Source: Octopus vulgaris (taxonomy: Eukaryota). Taken from it: a stretch of 64,000 nt of DNA. Position numbers and translations under genes: made by a program. This document shows, piece by piece, positions 12,172 to 25,134 of the stretch (positions are counted from its first letter, which is position 1; each line of letters begins with the position of its first letter). The stretch lies in NCBI GenBank assembly GCA_951406725.2, contig OX597817.1:128340001-128404000 (forward strand), given 5' to 3'. Below the pieces are notes generated by a model. That model had not been told where the DNA came from. It searched no databases and was given only the letters and a program-made list of their open reading frames with translations.

Positions 12172-12576
12172 TTGCCTTTTCTGTTATCAGACTACATTGG
12201 TAAATATATCGTTTTGGATCTAAGGCGACAGGGTATGATTTGAAGAAGATGTCGGATACTATTCCTTGTACATAATACAGTTATATTGTAGCTCACTCTC
12301 ATTGTATCGAGATTGGAAGAGAAGTGTTGTTATCCTTCCTATAACCTAACTCAGTTTATACAAATGGTGGTGCTGGTGATGAATGGTGATGAATTGTGAT
12401 GCGTAGTGCGGGTGCTATACAAACGAGAGTAATCTGATGTTAGAAAAAAAAAAATTAAAGTTACTGTTTATGAATGCCAATTCGTTTTTTTTTTTTGCGT
12501 TCTGTATATATTTTTCTTTTTAGCCAAATCAATAATGACGTAATGCGATTTAAAAAATATAAACATTAACTGAAAT

Positions 12577-12590
12577 GTCACCTAGGCAAC
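12577..12590. promoter_or_regulatory. Candidate RFX X-box (GTCACCTAGGCAAC)
   Basis: Matches the palindromic X-box consensus in unique sequence; TGACGTAA lies ~40 bp upstream. Motif match only. Confidence 0.25.
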
Positions 12591-13177
12591 AAATAAGAAG
12601 ATAAACGTGTTAGAGGAAGCGATAAGATTACAAAGTAAAAGAGGTGGGATAGTAGGAACGGGAGTAAGTTTCACAGTACAAAACCGTCCCTCATTGTTCT
12701 TCTCGTTCACTCCTCTACTTGCATCCTTCTGGACATCTCATTGGACATTCCCTTCTCTTCCTCTTTCTTTACTTCATCCTCATCATCGTCGAAGAGGTGG
12801 GGGGAAATATAGGATAAGAGCTGGTAGGTGCCTCCACAGTTCAAACTTCGTAATGATATATTCTCACTTCTTTTTACTCGTCTTTCTCCTCCTCTTTCCT
12901 CTCCTTTTTATCCTTTTTCAAAGAAACGTTGCAACATCAGAAAATGGGAAGGAGAAAAAAGTGTTTCTTTCATATCTTCTTCTTCCTCGCACTTGCCTTT
13001 TATACTTCACATCATTCTCTTGCTCTTTTTCCTTCTATTTAACTTTTTTATTCAATTTTCACTTTCTATTTCTCTCCTTCAATTCCATCTTTTGCTCTTC
13101 CTACGCCGTTTAAGGCTTTTCTACTTGAGAAAGGAAAAAGAGAAAAGAGACGACACTGCAAAAATAATCTTTCGACT

Positions 13178-14480
13178 ATAAGCCCAGATCCTGGGATTTG
13201 TGGAGAGGGGCTTGTCAATTATCTTGAATCCAGTGCTCAATTGATGCTTTATTTATCAACTCCGAAAGAGATGAAAAGCTAAGTTGACCTCAGCGGAATT
13301 TGAACTCAGAACGTAAGTTTGGACGAAATGCCGTTGTCCATTTTCTCCGGTGTGATAAGGAAACTTTGTTTTTCTTTTCTACTCTAGGCTCAAGGCCCGA
13401 AATTTTGGGGACGGAAGCCAGTCGATTAGATCGACTCCAATGCTTAACTGGTACTTAATTTATCGACCCCTAGAGGATGAAAGGCAAAGTCGAACTCGGC
13501 GGAATTTGAACTCAGAACGTAAAGACAGACGAAATATCGCTAAGCATTTTGCCCGGCGTGCTAACGACTCTGCCAGCTCGCCGTTTTTGTTCATGTAATA
13601 TGTTAAATCTACTATAAAGAAATAAATATATTAAATCTACATTATAAAGGTGGCAAGCAGGCAGAATCGTTAGCAAGCTGGAAAAAGCGCTTAGCGGCAT
13701 TTCGCGCGTCTTTATTTTCTGAGTTCAAATTCTGCCGAGGTCGGCTTTACTTTTGATCCTTTCGGTGTCGATAAAATAAGTACCAGTTGAGCGCTGGGGT
13801 CGATGTAATCGACTATCCTCCTGCCTTAAATCTTCAAACCTTGTGTTTATAGCAGACAAGAATATTAAGTATATTATATTTAAGGACAGTGTTTCTCTCA
13901 CCGTCTTTTGGTCTGTCTGTCTGTCCATCCGTCCTCACGTCTGCCACTTTCTATTTTTAAAAAAAGGCAGAGTGTAGAATTTGAAATATGTTCTATTATG
14001 ACGTTATTTCAACCATCCCTGATGATGTTTCCTGGTGCATCTCAGAATGATGTATGGAGAAAGTCTTCTTGAAAATTTTGATAAATTCCTATTATTATTT
14101 GCCAGCTTGCCGCATTTGTTCGTGTAATATACTACATCTACATCATAAAGGCAGTAAGCTGACAGAATTTGATCTCAAAATGTAAAGTCAGTAGAAATGC
14201 CGCTAATTTTCTCCCGCGTGGTAACGGTTCTCATTGCCTTAAAAACAAATACATAAAGGAGTGTATCTCCTTTCTACTATAGACACAAGGTCTGACATTT
14301 GGTGTGGGAGGAAGCTAGGCGATTACATGAATTTCAGTGCTTAACTGGTACTTATTTTATCAACCCAGAATGGATGAAAAGCAAATTCGACTTCAGTGAA
14401 TTTTGAACTCCAAACGTAAAAACAGAAGGAATTCCGCTAAACATTTTGTAAGACGTACTAAAGATTTTCCAGCTCGCCAC
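13178..14480. mobile_element. SINE family B cluster (13178-13350 -, 13375-13583 -, 13648-13860 +, 14268-14480 -)
   Basis: Family B core repeated. Confidence 0.85.
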
Positions 14481-15202
14481 CTTAAGAAAACAATGTTCTA
14501 ATATGTTAAACTTTTCGAAAAGTACACGAGACAACGCCGAACATTTTGGGTCTAACTGGACATCCTCAATGAAGTAGGTCGACATAGTAATGAGAAAATT
14601 GCTGCGTGGTTGTATAATATCGTACATGAGTAACATTTAATTATCATATAACAATTAGAATATCTTAAGTCTATATATAAAAACATTGAACTTAATTATA
14701 GGAAAATTTAGACTGGGGTACACAAATCCTAAATAAATATAGGTTAAGCATGGTTGACATAGGTTGGGAATGGTTGAAAGAAACCTTGATTATATGTTCT
14801 CTCGGCCACGTCTGCTGCTGCTACTGTTGATGCTACAGATATAAGCGTAAAAACGTAACAGGCAACAAAGACAAACAACAGCAACAAAAATAGAGACATC
14901 GGCAAAAATAATATATAAAACAAGAAAAATAAAACATAAGAACAGTAACAACGAGTACATAGGCCATCACAAGAGGTCGCCATGCGGTCTCTCGAATTGC
15001 TAGGAATAGCACCTAAATTCCCTGAAATCTACTTCTATTAGGCGTTGGAGTGGCTGTGTGGTAAGTAGCTTGGTTACTAACCACATAATTCCGGGTTCAG
15101 TTCCACTGCGTGGCACCTTGGGAAAGTGTCTTCTACTATAGCCTTGGGCCGACAAAGTCTTGTGAGTGAATTTGGTAGGCGGAAACTGAAAGAAGCTCGT
15201 CG

Positions 15203-15235
<33 letters not shown>

Positions 15236-15252
15236 ATATATATATATATATA

Positions 15253-15779
15253 AAACTATTAGCCAAATATGTATAATAACGGTGCTTATTAATATTAATA
15301 TATACACTGATATATATTTTGTTTTATTTTGTTCTGTTTACCTTGCATTATTGTACCAATGAGTATTATATTATATAAGTGTAGCATTATGAAGTTTATG
15401 CATGTTTTTATATTTTACATTTTTATATTTTTATATTTATATGTATATGGTTAAATAATCTTTTTCACAATTATAACAAATTTAATTCTCTGAAGAGGCC
15501 GTGGGGCATCCTTGTTAATGCCTCATTTATACCTGCCTTTATGGCTTATAGGTTAAATGAGGTATGACTGCCCTCACTGCCGAAACAGCTGTCAGATTTG
15601 ATTTAATTACATATTATATTTGAAATTTTATACTTATATCTCTTTGTCTATTTACTTTTACTGTATATTTTGTATAATGCCTTTACTGATATGTAATGGT
15701 GTAATAAAGTATTGATTGGGTATCATCTGATAGTTGATGTTTTATTGATTTAAGTATGTTTCTCCATTTTCTAATTTTG

Positions 15780-15782
<3 letters not shown>
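15253..15782 (+). mobile_element. AT-rich Penelope pLTR/retrozyme-like insertion in (TA)n
   Basis: Flanked by TA tracts on both sides; contains a canonical hammerhead. Confidence 0.7.
15484..15598 (+). ncRNA. Type I hammerhead ribozyme, canonical core, 85-nt stem II
   Basis: aattct CTGAAGA ggc...gcc GAAA CAGCTG TC agatt. Stem II pairs gtggggca/tgccctcac and atgcctcattta/taaatgaggtat; the GUC site is at 15591-15593. Confidence 0.85.
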
Positions 15783-15833
<51 letters not shown>

Positions 15834-18751
15834 TTGCGTGTATACGTTTGTGTGTCTGTGTTTGTCCTCCCAACATCGCTTGACAACCGATGCTGGTGTG
15901 TTTACGTCCCCGTAAATTAGCGGTTCGGCAAAAGAGACCGATAGAATAAGTACTAGGCTTACAAAGAATAAGTCCTGGGGTCGATTTGCTCGACTAACGG
16001 CGGTGCTCCAGCATGGCCACAGTAAAATGACTGAAACAAGTAAAAGAGTAAAAAAATATCTTAAAACAGGAAGGATAATTTGAGAATGTAGTCTTCAATA
16101 TACATAAAGACAGGATGTTCACAATTGGTATGCTTCTGATTATAGGCCTGCTGCATCGAGGCAAATTTCTGGTTCCTCACCAACAGCAACAATACCATAG
16201 TTGTTTAGCCTTAATTCAACTCTTATCAAGTAGATATATCATCAACGGCATTCCAGCCGTGATCATCCAGTCTTTTTAAGGGCACGTAGGGTTACAGTAT
16301 CAAATAATTATGTTACTCAATATAGCACGGTATGATTTAATGGAAGTTTAGCAGCTATATTTAACATGTCGAGAGACTACTTACAGGTTCCCCCAATGGC
16401 TATGTTACACTGATAGGTTACGAGACATTTAACAGACGGGTCAGTAATTCGCATAGTAAAACTTCTAAATGGAAGATACCGGGTGTTTTGTTAGCTTACT
16501 GTATCCACTGAAGGAAATTGTCACTGACTAGTTGGTCGCGTTTCAAGTGACAGATTTTTTCTTCCTTCATTAGTGGTAATTAATCCAAGGAACAGTTCTC
16601 TGCTGGTATATAGAGGAGAGTTTATGAAAGGATAACAATCTATGCATAAAACTGTTAGAAAAATAAAGCAAAAAAATAACAAACAAAATCATTAATATCG
16701 GCATCAAGAACAGCAACAACATTTGTGCAGAATCGTTAGCACGTCGGACAATATATGATTAGCGGCATTTCTTCTGACTTTATGCTCTGTGTGTAAACTC
16801 CGCTAAGGTCGACTTATTTTATCAAGAATAGATATTCTGTAATGAGGGTATCTTATGACGAGGCAATGAAAGACCTTATGATAAAATAATGAAGGACGGC
16901 ACTGCACTCGGTAGAGAAAACAATCAAAGCATCAATAACTTCATCAAATCCAAACGCTCTCTTGGAATACTTACCAGTAACGCTAAATGCATGCAGAACA
17001 ATAATTCTCACGCTTTGACCGAGTCCATCTTGCTTGTCTCCTCTTTAGGCACTATCATAACTTGAGGTCACTCTTATCATAACTTATTGACACATAAAAG
17101 AAACATACTAGTTAACTGAAGTAAATGCCGAATTCAAACTACCACACTGCATCGCATATGACGTTCTTTCGCATGTTAGGAACATCGTACGGGCTTCACT
17201 TAGCGGAGAGACAACGTGTATGTGAAGTAATAGACGTATGGGTCGCTCCTAGTCATCTAACGGACTACATATGCACTGGAGATTTGCATGAATAGGACAT
17301 AAACAACGACAACAACAACAGCAGCAACAATAATCACAAAAGTAGCAGAAACAGTCCTCAACTACCTGACGCCACTTTCACTTGATGTCAGTTGTTAAAT
17401 AGAAATAATACGGAAAAGACTAAAGTTTTTAAAACACTAATTCTTTCTTTGACTAGAATACATGCTATGACGAGAAAAAAGTGTTCTTCATTATTGGATA
17501 TCGTTGATTATTTCAGCGGCATGCAATACGGAGTCTTAACGTCGCTCGTGAACAAAACTCATGCGGGAAAGATGTGTTGCAACAGAAGCATGAAGAGACA
17601 GAAACTTCTGATCGACAGAAGATCGAGTGTGCTATAAGTATAGAGGTTTAATATTTCACAAATATATCTCAACCAGTTTGACTGCTGCAATTCAGTGCGA
17701 CACGCGTGTTGAGAGTCGTAACCTAGCGTCCTTGAAGCACATCCTCAGGCGCCTTCACTGATAAGCAACAACAACAGCAGCAGCAGCAGCAGTAGCAGCA
17801 CCATGACAACAATCATGATCACAGTTTCATTACAGAGGTGGTGGTAGTGGTGGTGGAACTGAAGTAGAAGCAGGGATAGCAACTGCAATACAGTTCACAC
17901 AGCGTGCGTATTGTGTCCAAAAGGTGCATTCACGTGGAATGTGTAAACACAACCGGTGCTTTTATCATACGCATGCACCCTGTTACGCACTGGTACTTGA
18001 TGGTTTGGTTGACACGTGTATGTACAAAAGTGTATAGCGTAGTAAACAAGGAAGATAGAATATTTTTGTTGGCTGACGCCTGACTCTTTTTTCCTTCTTT
18101 TTCAGTTATCGCATAAATAAATCTAAATGAATGATATGAGCGTGGTTTGTAAAGCTAGCTGACTAGACCGAGTCCTCACAATCTTTACAAGACTATCATG
18201 GGTAATGTAGATAAGCATATTGTTTTGTTCGGTCAAAGTGGGTGACATCTCGCACTTGCAGTATCGTCTCTATATTTCAGCATATAAACAAAGAAGATTC
18301 GACTCAACATATGATTCGCCTCTACTTGGTCAGTGCAATGTGTTTGAAATAAAAGCCAAATTATCCTTAAAAGCACATTCTACCGTCTTAAAAGAGGCGC
18401 AAGTTGAGTAAATTATCCCTGGTGTTCTCTGTGCATAAGAATATAAACGTGATGGTTATAATTTGGAATTCCTTTGATCTTTGTTTGCTATTCTCAATTA
18501 GCTCTTAACTAGAAGTAAACAATAATAACAAGAGAGAAGACCGGAACTAACGGAGCATGGTGATCGTTCTCACCTGCTGAAAATAGAAACCATAACTCAA
18601 TGAAATAAGACCACACTGCATTTGAAACACGAACACATTAAATAATGCAGTTGTAGGATATACTGTTTCTGAAAAGAAGAAATTCTCATATCTAGGTCTG
18701 CGCGATCAGAACTAATATATGATTAAAGTATAACTGCAACAAAGGAAGGCC

Positions 18752-18832
18752 GAAAGGAAGGAAGGAAGGAAGGAAGGAAGGAAGGAAGGAAGGGAGGAAG
18801 GAAGGGAGGAAGGAAGGGAGGAAGGAAGGAAA
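18752..18832. repeat. (GGAA)n microsatellite
   Basis: Simple repeat. Confidence 0.95.
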
Positions 18833-20113
18833 ATGAAGGAAAGAGGAAAGAAAGAGAGAAAATAGCAAAAATATGTTAATGATTCTTTAACACACTGTGG
18901 CTTAAATTCGGTTGAAAGATGTAATCGTCGCTAGGAATTAATAGACGTTGCATAAGAACATTCAAATACCCAGTCTTCGGTGAAATAACATTGATAACAA
19001 TAGCGATAATGATTTCTTTTATTGGCCAATGAAGCTCAAACATTGCACAGGCGAAATACAAAAGATAGTAACAAATAAGAAACAGTGGAGGCGAATGGTT
19101 ATATGTTATAAGGGGGTGAAAGAGTTATAGCAACAGAAAGACATATTAATAAAAGATAATAATAAATAGTAATAACAATGTAGAGCAACGATATAACAAC
19201 TGCGAAGTAGAGAAGGTGGGAACCACATAGAGTGATTCGGGGTTTCACATACAGTTCCAGACTGCCCTTTCACACCAAAGAGCCAGTACCCGTTGTTTCT
19301 TACCGCCAAACTCACGTGCACATCGTGTGGATTCATTTAGCAATGACAGTTTTGCCACTCAGATTTGCCTTTCATAAACTCTATTGGACAGCAACAGTTT
19401 CCTATCTACCCTCACCTTCATCTTCAAGTGATATGTAAAGTAGTGATATGTGAAGTGGTTTGCGAGAAAACGCTGCATCCCCAATAATTTCAACTGTGTG
19501 CACCACAAAACAAAGAAAGATTATTCCTTTTAGTCGCCAAAAGGAAGGCGCTGGGTTAATGTTTACAATAAGCTCGGTTGAGAGCCAGATCTGTCTCGCA
19601 CGTGATAAAAGCTGTACGACATAAACCTATAAATCGATTCTAAACGGATTCATACTTAATAGTTTCACCACACTGCGCAAACCTTGGGTAAGGTCCGTTG
19701 GTTGGCAGCTAGCATGGCTGCGAATGCAGAATTAACTTTGAACAAGCAAAACCTCCTGTAGTACTGTCAGTCCAAGAAATTTTGGAAATTTTCTATATTG
19801 CTCGAATTGAAATTCCTCTAGGAAGGATTATTGAAACTGTTGTCTTCGATGTTCAGAATCGTTCCCCGGTCATCATCAACTGCACTCTTCATTAGTCCTC
19901 TATAGAATACGAGAAGAGATTTTTCCCATCCCAAAACATCGTCCAGCTGGTAGTATACAGTAAATGCTTTGCAATATTCCAGTTACCGAGCGCCAAACCT
20001 TGGTCAGTACTTGATTCAGAACTATTGTTCAGTCGGAGATAACCCACAAGAACACATACAGCACGAACAATGAGAATGCGTGTTGTTATACAAGAACCTG
20101 TGCATAAATATAT

Positions 20114-20345
20114 CGGCGGCGAGCTGACAGAAACGTTAGCACGCCGGGCGAAATGCGTAGCCGTATTTCGTCTGCCGTTACGTTCTGAGTTCAAACTCCG
20201 CCGAGGTTGACTTTGCCTTTCATCCTTTCGGGGTCGATAAATAAAGTACTAGTTACGCACTGGGGTCAATGTAATCGACTTAATCCGTTTGTCTGTCCTT
20301 GTTTGTCCCCTCTGTGTTTAGCCCCTTGTGGGTAGTAAAGAAATA
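20114..20345 (+). mobile_element. SINE family B, full copy with the alternative tail; further fragment at 20630-20755
   Basis: ggcggcgagctgacagaaacgttagc head; tail as at 9571-9640. Confidence 0.9.
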
Positions 20346-21339
20346 TATATATATATATCGGCATCAACCCGTACCTTTGCATAATCAACTACAGAATTCA
20401 AATCACGTGGAAGTCAACATTCCTTTAGAGGACAGTAAATAAAGTACCTGTCTAGCCCGCTGGGTTGGCGAAATAGTTAGAACATAAGACGGCATTCTTT
20501 GTGGCATCCGTTCCAGCTTTTTGATGTTTTCAGTTGAAATTCTATCTCCTATCACAGGTATCTTTGTTTTGGGAAACGGGATCTTTTTGGTAATACTGAT
20601 GGGATTTTAATTGCAGAAGAAGCGTTATTTCCACAGAGGTCGACTTAGCCTTTTATCTTTTCGGTGTCGATAAAATAAGTACTAGTCGAACACTAGGGTC
20701 GATGTAATCGACTTATCCGCTTCCCTGAACTTTCTGGCCTTGTGCCAAAATTTTTATCCAATTACAGAGGGAGCGACACAGCGATTGGAAAAAGCTCAGT
20801 TACATCAACAAAACGGACAAAGCCTTACCAAATTGATCGTTTCATTATGAAAGACTTCTGGTCTTGTACCTAAGTAAGTAATTGTTATTTCTAGCAGGCT
20901 ACGAAGCCACGTAAGGTTCTATTGTGATTTCTAACATATCAAGTAGCCGCATAGCGGGACACCCTATTTGTGCATTTGCTCGGTTGTTTGTGTTTTATTT
21001 GCTTGTGTCTTTGATATTTAAACAATAAATCTAATACTAGAGTTAGAAATATCCAGCGTGGTTCTTTTTAAGGCGATATAGTACGCAATTCGATGAAATT
21101 TGGCTGTCATTTCCGGCTACCACGTACACTGGATCATCTTAACACCTGTAGTAGTTTTAAACTTTTAGTTATCGATACAGAAATTCAAGCATAATAACGC
21201 AAGAAAGCGAACACAGAGGGTGTAGGTGTGTGGTAACGAACTGAAGTGGGTTCCTTTATGCAGAAACTGGACCAGCTAGGGAGAACAATAGAACCTGTAT
21301 GTATTCGTGCGACCTTCTGAAAATAATAATGTCGAAATA

Positions 21340-21814
21340 CAGTAAACTCCTTATCTGGCACTCAAATAACCGGAACTCTCAAGCAACCGGCATTCAGAGG
21401 AAAAAAAGAAAATGTTAATAAATAAAATTTATGCATATAATAAATAAAATTTATGCATATTTGTGTTAATAATTCTCATTAAAAGAAAATAACTTTTCTC
21501 CCCTATGTAAAATGGTCGTTGCTTTTCAACGTACCGTGCAGCATTTTATTTTACTACGTTTACAATACCTGCATTTTGTTCGGTAAATAAAATTTATTCT
21601 TTATTTAATTTATGCTTTATTTCTTCCTATTTCCCTCATTTCTAATATATTTAGAATATAAATGATAACACTGAATATATAGAGAATTTTAATGAGTTCT
21701 GTAAGGTGCTATTTTAATTAGAAAAAAAAAAAAGATTATGCTTAGCTATCCGGAAAATTCGGTTATCCAGTAATCTTCCGCTCCCATTGGTGCCGGGTAA
21801 GAGGGAGATTACTG
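21340..21814. mobile_element. pogo/Tigger-like MITE with TA target duplication
   Basis: ta-CAGTAAACTCCttatctggca ... tgccgggtaagagGGAGATTACTG-ta. Confidence 0.75.
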
Positions 21815-22114
21815 TATAAGTACACGTTCAGAAGTTTACGAGAGAGAATAGTCGGTAATATCCAGCTCAGTTCTTGACTGGCGTATTATTTTATCGCGCC
21901 CTTAAGGGTGAAAGGCAAAGTAGTGCTTGACTGAATTTGAACTTAGGCGGAAGGTATATTGTGGTTTAGACAACGGTAAAAGGTACAATCTCTATAGGCT
22001 ATGGCGGAACATTTAGTATTGGTGAAGACAGAAAGAGAGGGAAAAAGAAACGAAGTCTCATGGATTATTTTGAAACCAAAAACCTAGTTCGAATACATGC
22101 AAAAGTGTGGAGGA

Positions 22115-22450
22115 AATCCTACTTCGGTCATGAATGACCATGGGATTGCACCTAGTAAGTTACCCTCCGAGGCACAAGTCCGGGCAAGGTTGTTTATGGA
22201 AGGCCAGCAGTCGCCCATGCATACCAGCCTCCTCTCTCCACACTACTGATGTTATTCAAGGGAAAGGCAAAGGTCGATACAGCTTGGCACCAGTAATGTC
22301 GCAACTCATTTCTACAGCTGAGTGAACTGGAGCAACGTGAAATAAAGTGTCTTGCTCAAGAACACAACACGCAGCCCGGTCCGGGATTCGAGCTCACAAC
22401 CTCACGATCGTAAGCTCGACGCTCTAACCACTGAGCCATATGCCTTCACA
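22115..22450 (-). mobile_element. SINE family C (tRNA-derived, CORE-like)
   Basis: Reverse complement: tggctcagtggttagagc...gagctcgaatcccgg...gttgtgttcttgagcaagacactt. Confidence 0.85.
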
Positions 22451-22639
22451 TGCAAAAGAGTAACCTACAGTTAAACTACCCAGGAGGCTAATAGTGGCAT
22501 TAAATAGGGTGATATATTAAATTTACCATTAAGAAACAATTGCAATTGACTTCTATATATCTTCATGGAAAGGCATTTTGTCCGACGCCCTAAGAATTCA
22601 GCCAATCTACTTGCCACTTTCAACGTCAAGAAATAACAA

Positions 22640-23050
22640 GAGATGGCTTATATACAGTATAAAGACCTGCTAGAAATTAAGAGAAATCCTCTATATGCCA
22701 TGCGACTCACTAGAAATAAAGAGAGAGAGAGAGAGAGAGAGCGGATGAGATGGGGAGAGAGAGAGAGAAAGAAAGAGAAAGTAGGAACTTCTGTGTGACT
22801 GCATGATCTACTAACAATGTAACCAAATTGGGCCAGATTACACCCTACCGTCTTAATAAGACTTCAGTACATTTACATAGAAAGGCATTTTATCCGATTC
22901 CCAGTTGAGAACCTTTACTTGCTACAAATAACGAGTGATAGAGATTGAGGTAGATAAATAAATAAAAAATAAAGAGAAGAGGGAGAGAACTCGTGTGTGA
23001 TAGTGTGACCTGCTAAAAATAGCATCCAAACATCCCTCAAATTACATCCA
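22640..23050. repeat. Cluster of an old degenerate interspersed repeat (gacctgctagaaatagcagccaaat..ctcaaattacaccc consensus)
   Basis: Related fragments also near 12230, 14990, 16325, 18345, 18570, 21085, 31390, 50180, 60220, 61195 and 61795. Confidence 0.55.
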
Positions 23051-23775
23051 CAAAAGGTATTCCCCAAAAGAGAAAATGGATAGTCGGGTTATGAGATAGA
23101 AGTAGTTCTATAACAAAAAGTTTGTTAATATAAATACTTAACGTATGTGTGTAGCTGACAAACCAGAAGTTGCGGTATTCGTTTGGAAAACAATCCCTTT
23201 ATAGACGTGTTGTCTTAAAAATACAATGTACTTCAGAGCTAGGCGAAATGAAATCTATCTAGAAGTGACTGCGAGAGCGACAGATACGTATTTCACCGTT
23301 ACTGCAGCTTCTCAATGTCCCGTACTTGAAACAAAATCGTATCAGCTAGTTTGGTGTAAACAGAGATTGTGATAAAACTATACACTAACTCAATAACGTC
23401 TATAAAGGGATTTTTTCCGAACGAAAACCACAGCTTGTAGCTTAGCAACTATACACATGGGTTAAGCATGTTATATTGATAAAATAGTAATGTTTTCTGC
23501 ATTTGTGGATATGTACATGGGCTTATTTAAGTGATTGTTGAACATGTATTTTTATGTATACGTATGTGTCTGTACGTGTTCGTGTATCTGCTTTAGCTGG
23601 TTGATATCATGTGTGTGTGTGCCTGGATATGGTTGTGCGTGTGTGTGTGTGTAAACGTTTTTGTGTGAATTTATATATATTAGATTCTGTATATGTTTGT
23701 GTGTGAACCTTTATGTTTGTATGTGTATGAATATGTTTGGTTATGTGTATGTGTGCGAGGCAGTTAATGGTGAAT

Positions 23776-24155
23776 TTATATAGTAGCGCGAATATATCTG
23801 TACATGTGTGAATGTGTGTGCGTGTGTATGTTTATGTGTGTATATATGTATGTATGAATGTATCTACGTATGCATGCATGCATGTATGTATGTATGTATG
23901 TATGTATGTATGTATGTATGTATGTATGTATGTATGTATGTATGTATGTATGCATGCATGCATGCATGTATGTATGTATGTATGTATGTATGTATGTATG
24001 TATGTATGTATGTATGTGTGCGTGTGTCTGTATGTCTGTGTGTGAGTCTGTGTATGTCAGCTTCTGTATATGTCTGTATGTGGGTCTCTGTACATGTGTG
24101 TGTATAATTTGAGTGAGTGTATATAGTTGTACGTGTATGTTTATGTGTAGTTATA

Positions 24156-24188
<33 letters not shown>

Positions 24189-24648
24189 ATGCCAAGTAGT
24201 TAATAGTTAATTTATATACCAACGCTTGTATGTCGGTACATGTGTTTGTGTCTGTGTCTATGTCTGTGTGCCTGTGTGTGGAAGGTTGCTGGTGGTATCA
24301 TATTTGAGGTTGCACCCACCAAGAAAATTGCACCAAAAGAAGATCAAATGAAGACAAAAGAAATCCGTATAGATTTGCGCAGTCACGCAATTAGATTAAG
24401 CACACGTGCGGCCACAAAGGTGAGCGTGTCCATTTTGGCGTAAAGAAACGTAGCGATCAAGTGTAAGTATGTATATATGTATGTATGGTTCTATGTATGT
24501 ATGTATGTATGTATGTATGTATGTATGCATGTATGTATGTATGTATGTATGTATGTATGTATGTATGTATGTATGTATGTATGTATGTATGTATGTGTAC
24601 ATGTATATGTCTATGTATATATGCGTATATATGTGCATGTATGTATGA

Positions 24649-24695
<47 letters not shown>

Positions 24696-24718
24696 TATAA
24701 TTATGTATGCTATATGTG

Positions 24719-24786
<68 letters not shown>

Positions 24787-24790
24787 TTTC
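23776..24790. repeat. (TATG)n/(TG)n/(TA)n microsatellites with a unique spacer at 24190-24460
   Basis: Simple repeats. Confidence 0.9.
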
Positions 24791-24854
24791 GCCATGATAG
24801 ATTGCTAGCCACTAAACCTTTTTCTATTTTCTCTCCCTGTTTATTTCTGTGTTC

Positions 24855-24889
24855 CTTTCTGTTGAAGAGCGTAGGCTCGAAACGTAAAA
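24855..24889 (+). ncRNA. Minimal hammerhead-like motif in a ~200 bp TA-embedded element (24786-24987)
   Basis: cttt CTGTTGA a gagc gtag gctc GAAA CG TA aaa. ACGT palindromic stem III; A6U deviation plus an extra A. Confidence 0.55.
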
Positions 24890-24986
24890 TACTTTCTCAA
24901 TTCCCGAGCATTAAACTAATACATGTTTATTGTTTACACCCCCTTTACACACCTGTCTTCGTCTTTTTTTTTTTGTAAATTCTCAC

Positions 24987-25044
<58 letters not shown>

Positions 25045-25134
25045 GGTGAAAAATTCGAAGGGAGATTTAAGGTTAAAAAATACAGAAATCCTGTTTGTGT
25101 AGATAAATATTATTTATATACCAACACCAGGAGA

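Larger units (their letters stand above)
15041..16053 (+). mobile_element. SINE family A split in its internal TA repeat by a ~530 bp insertion
   Basis: 5' half 15041-15250 and 3' half ~15785-16053 are colinear with 8396-8808. Confidence 0.9.

Noticed and set aside
12607-13181. 168-aa and 117-aa hydrophobic ORFs
   Set aside because: Products of pyrimidine-rich low-complexity sequence
19740-20100. Coding-like composition on the minus strand
   Set aside because: Multiple stop codons and no recognisable motifs
22375-22450. tRNA genes at SINE heads (also 8396, 38306, 61620)
   Set aside because: They continue into SINE bodies and lack a complete cloverleaf
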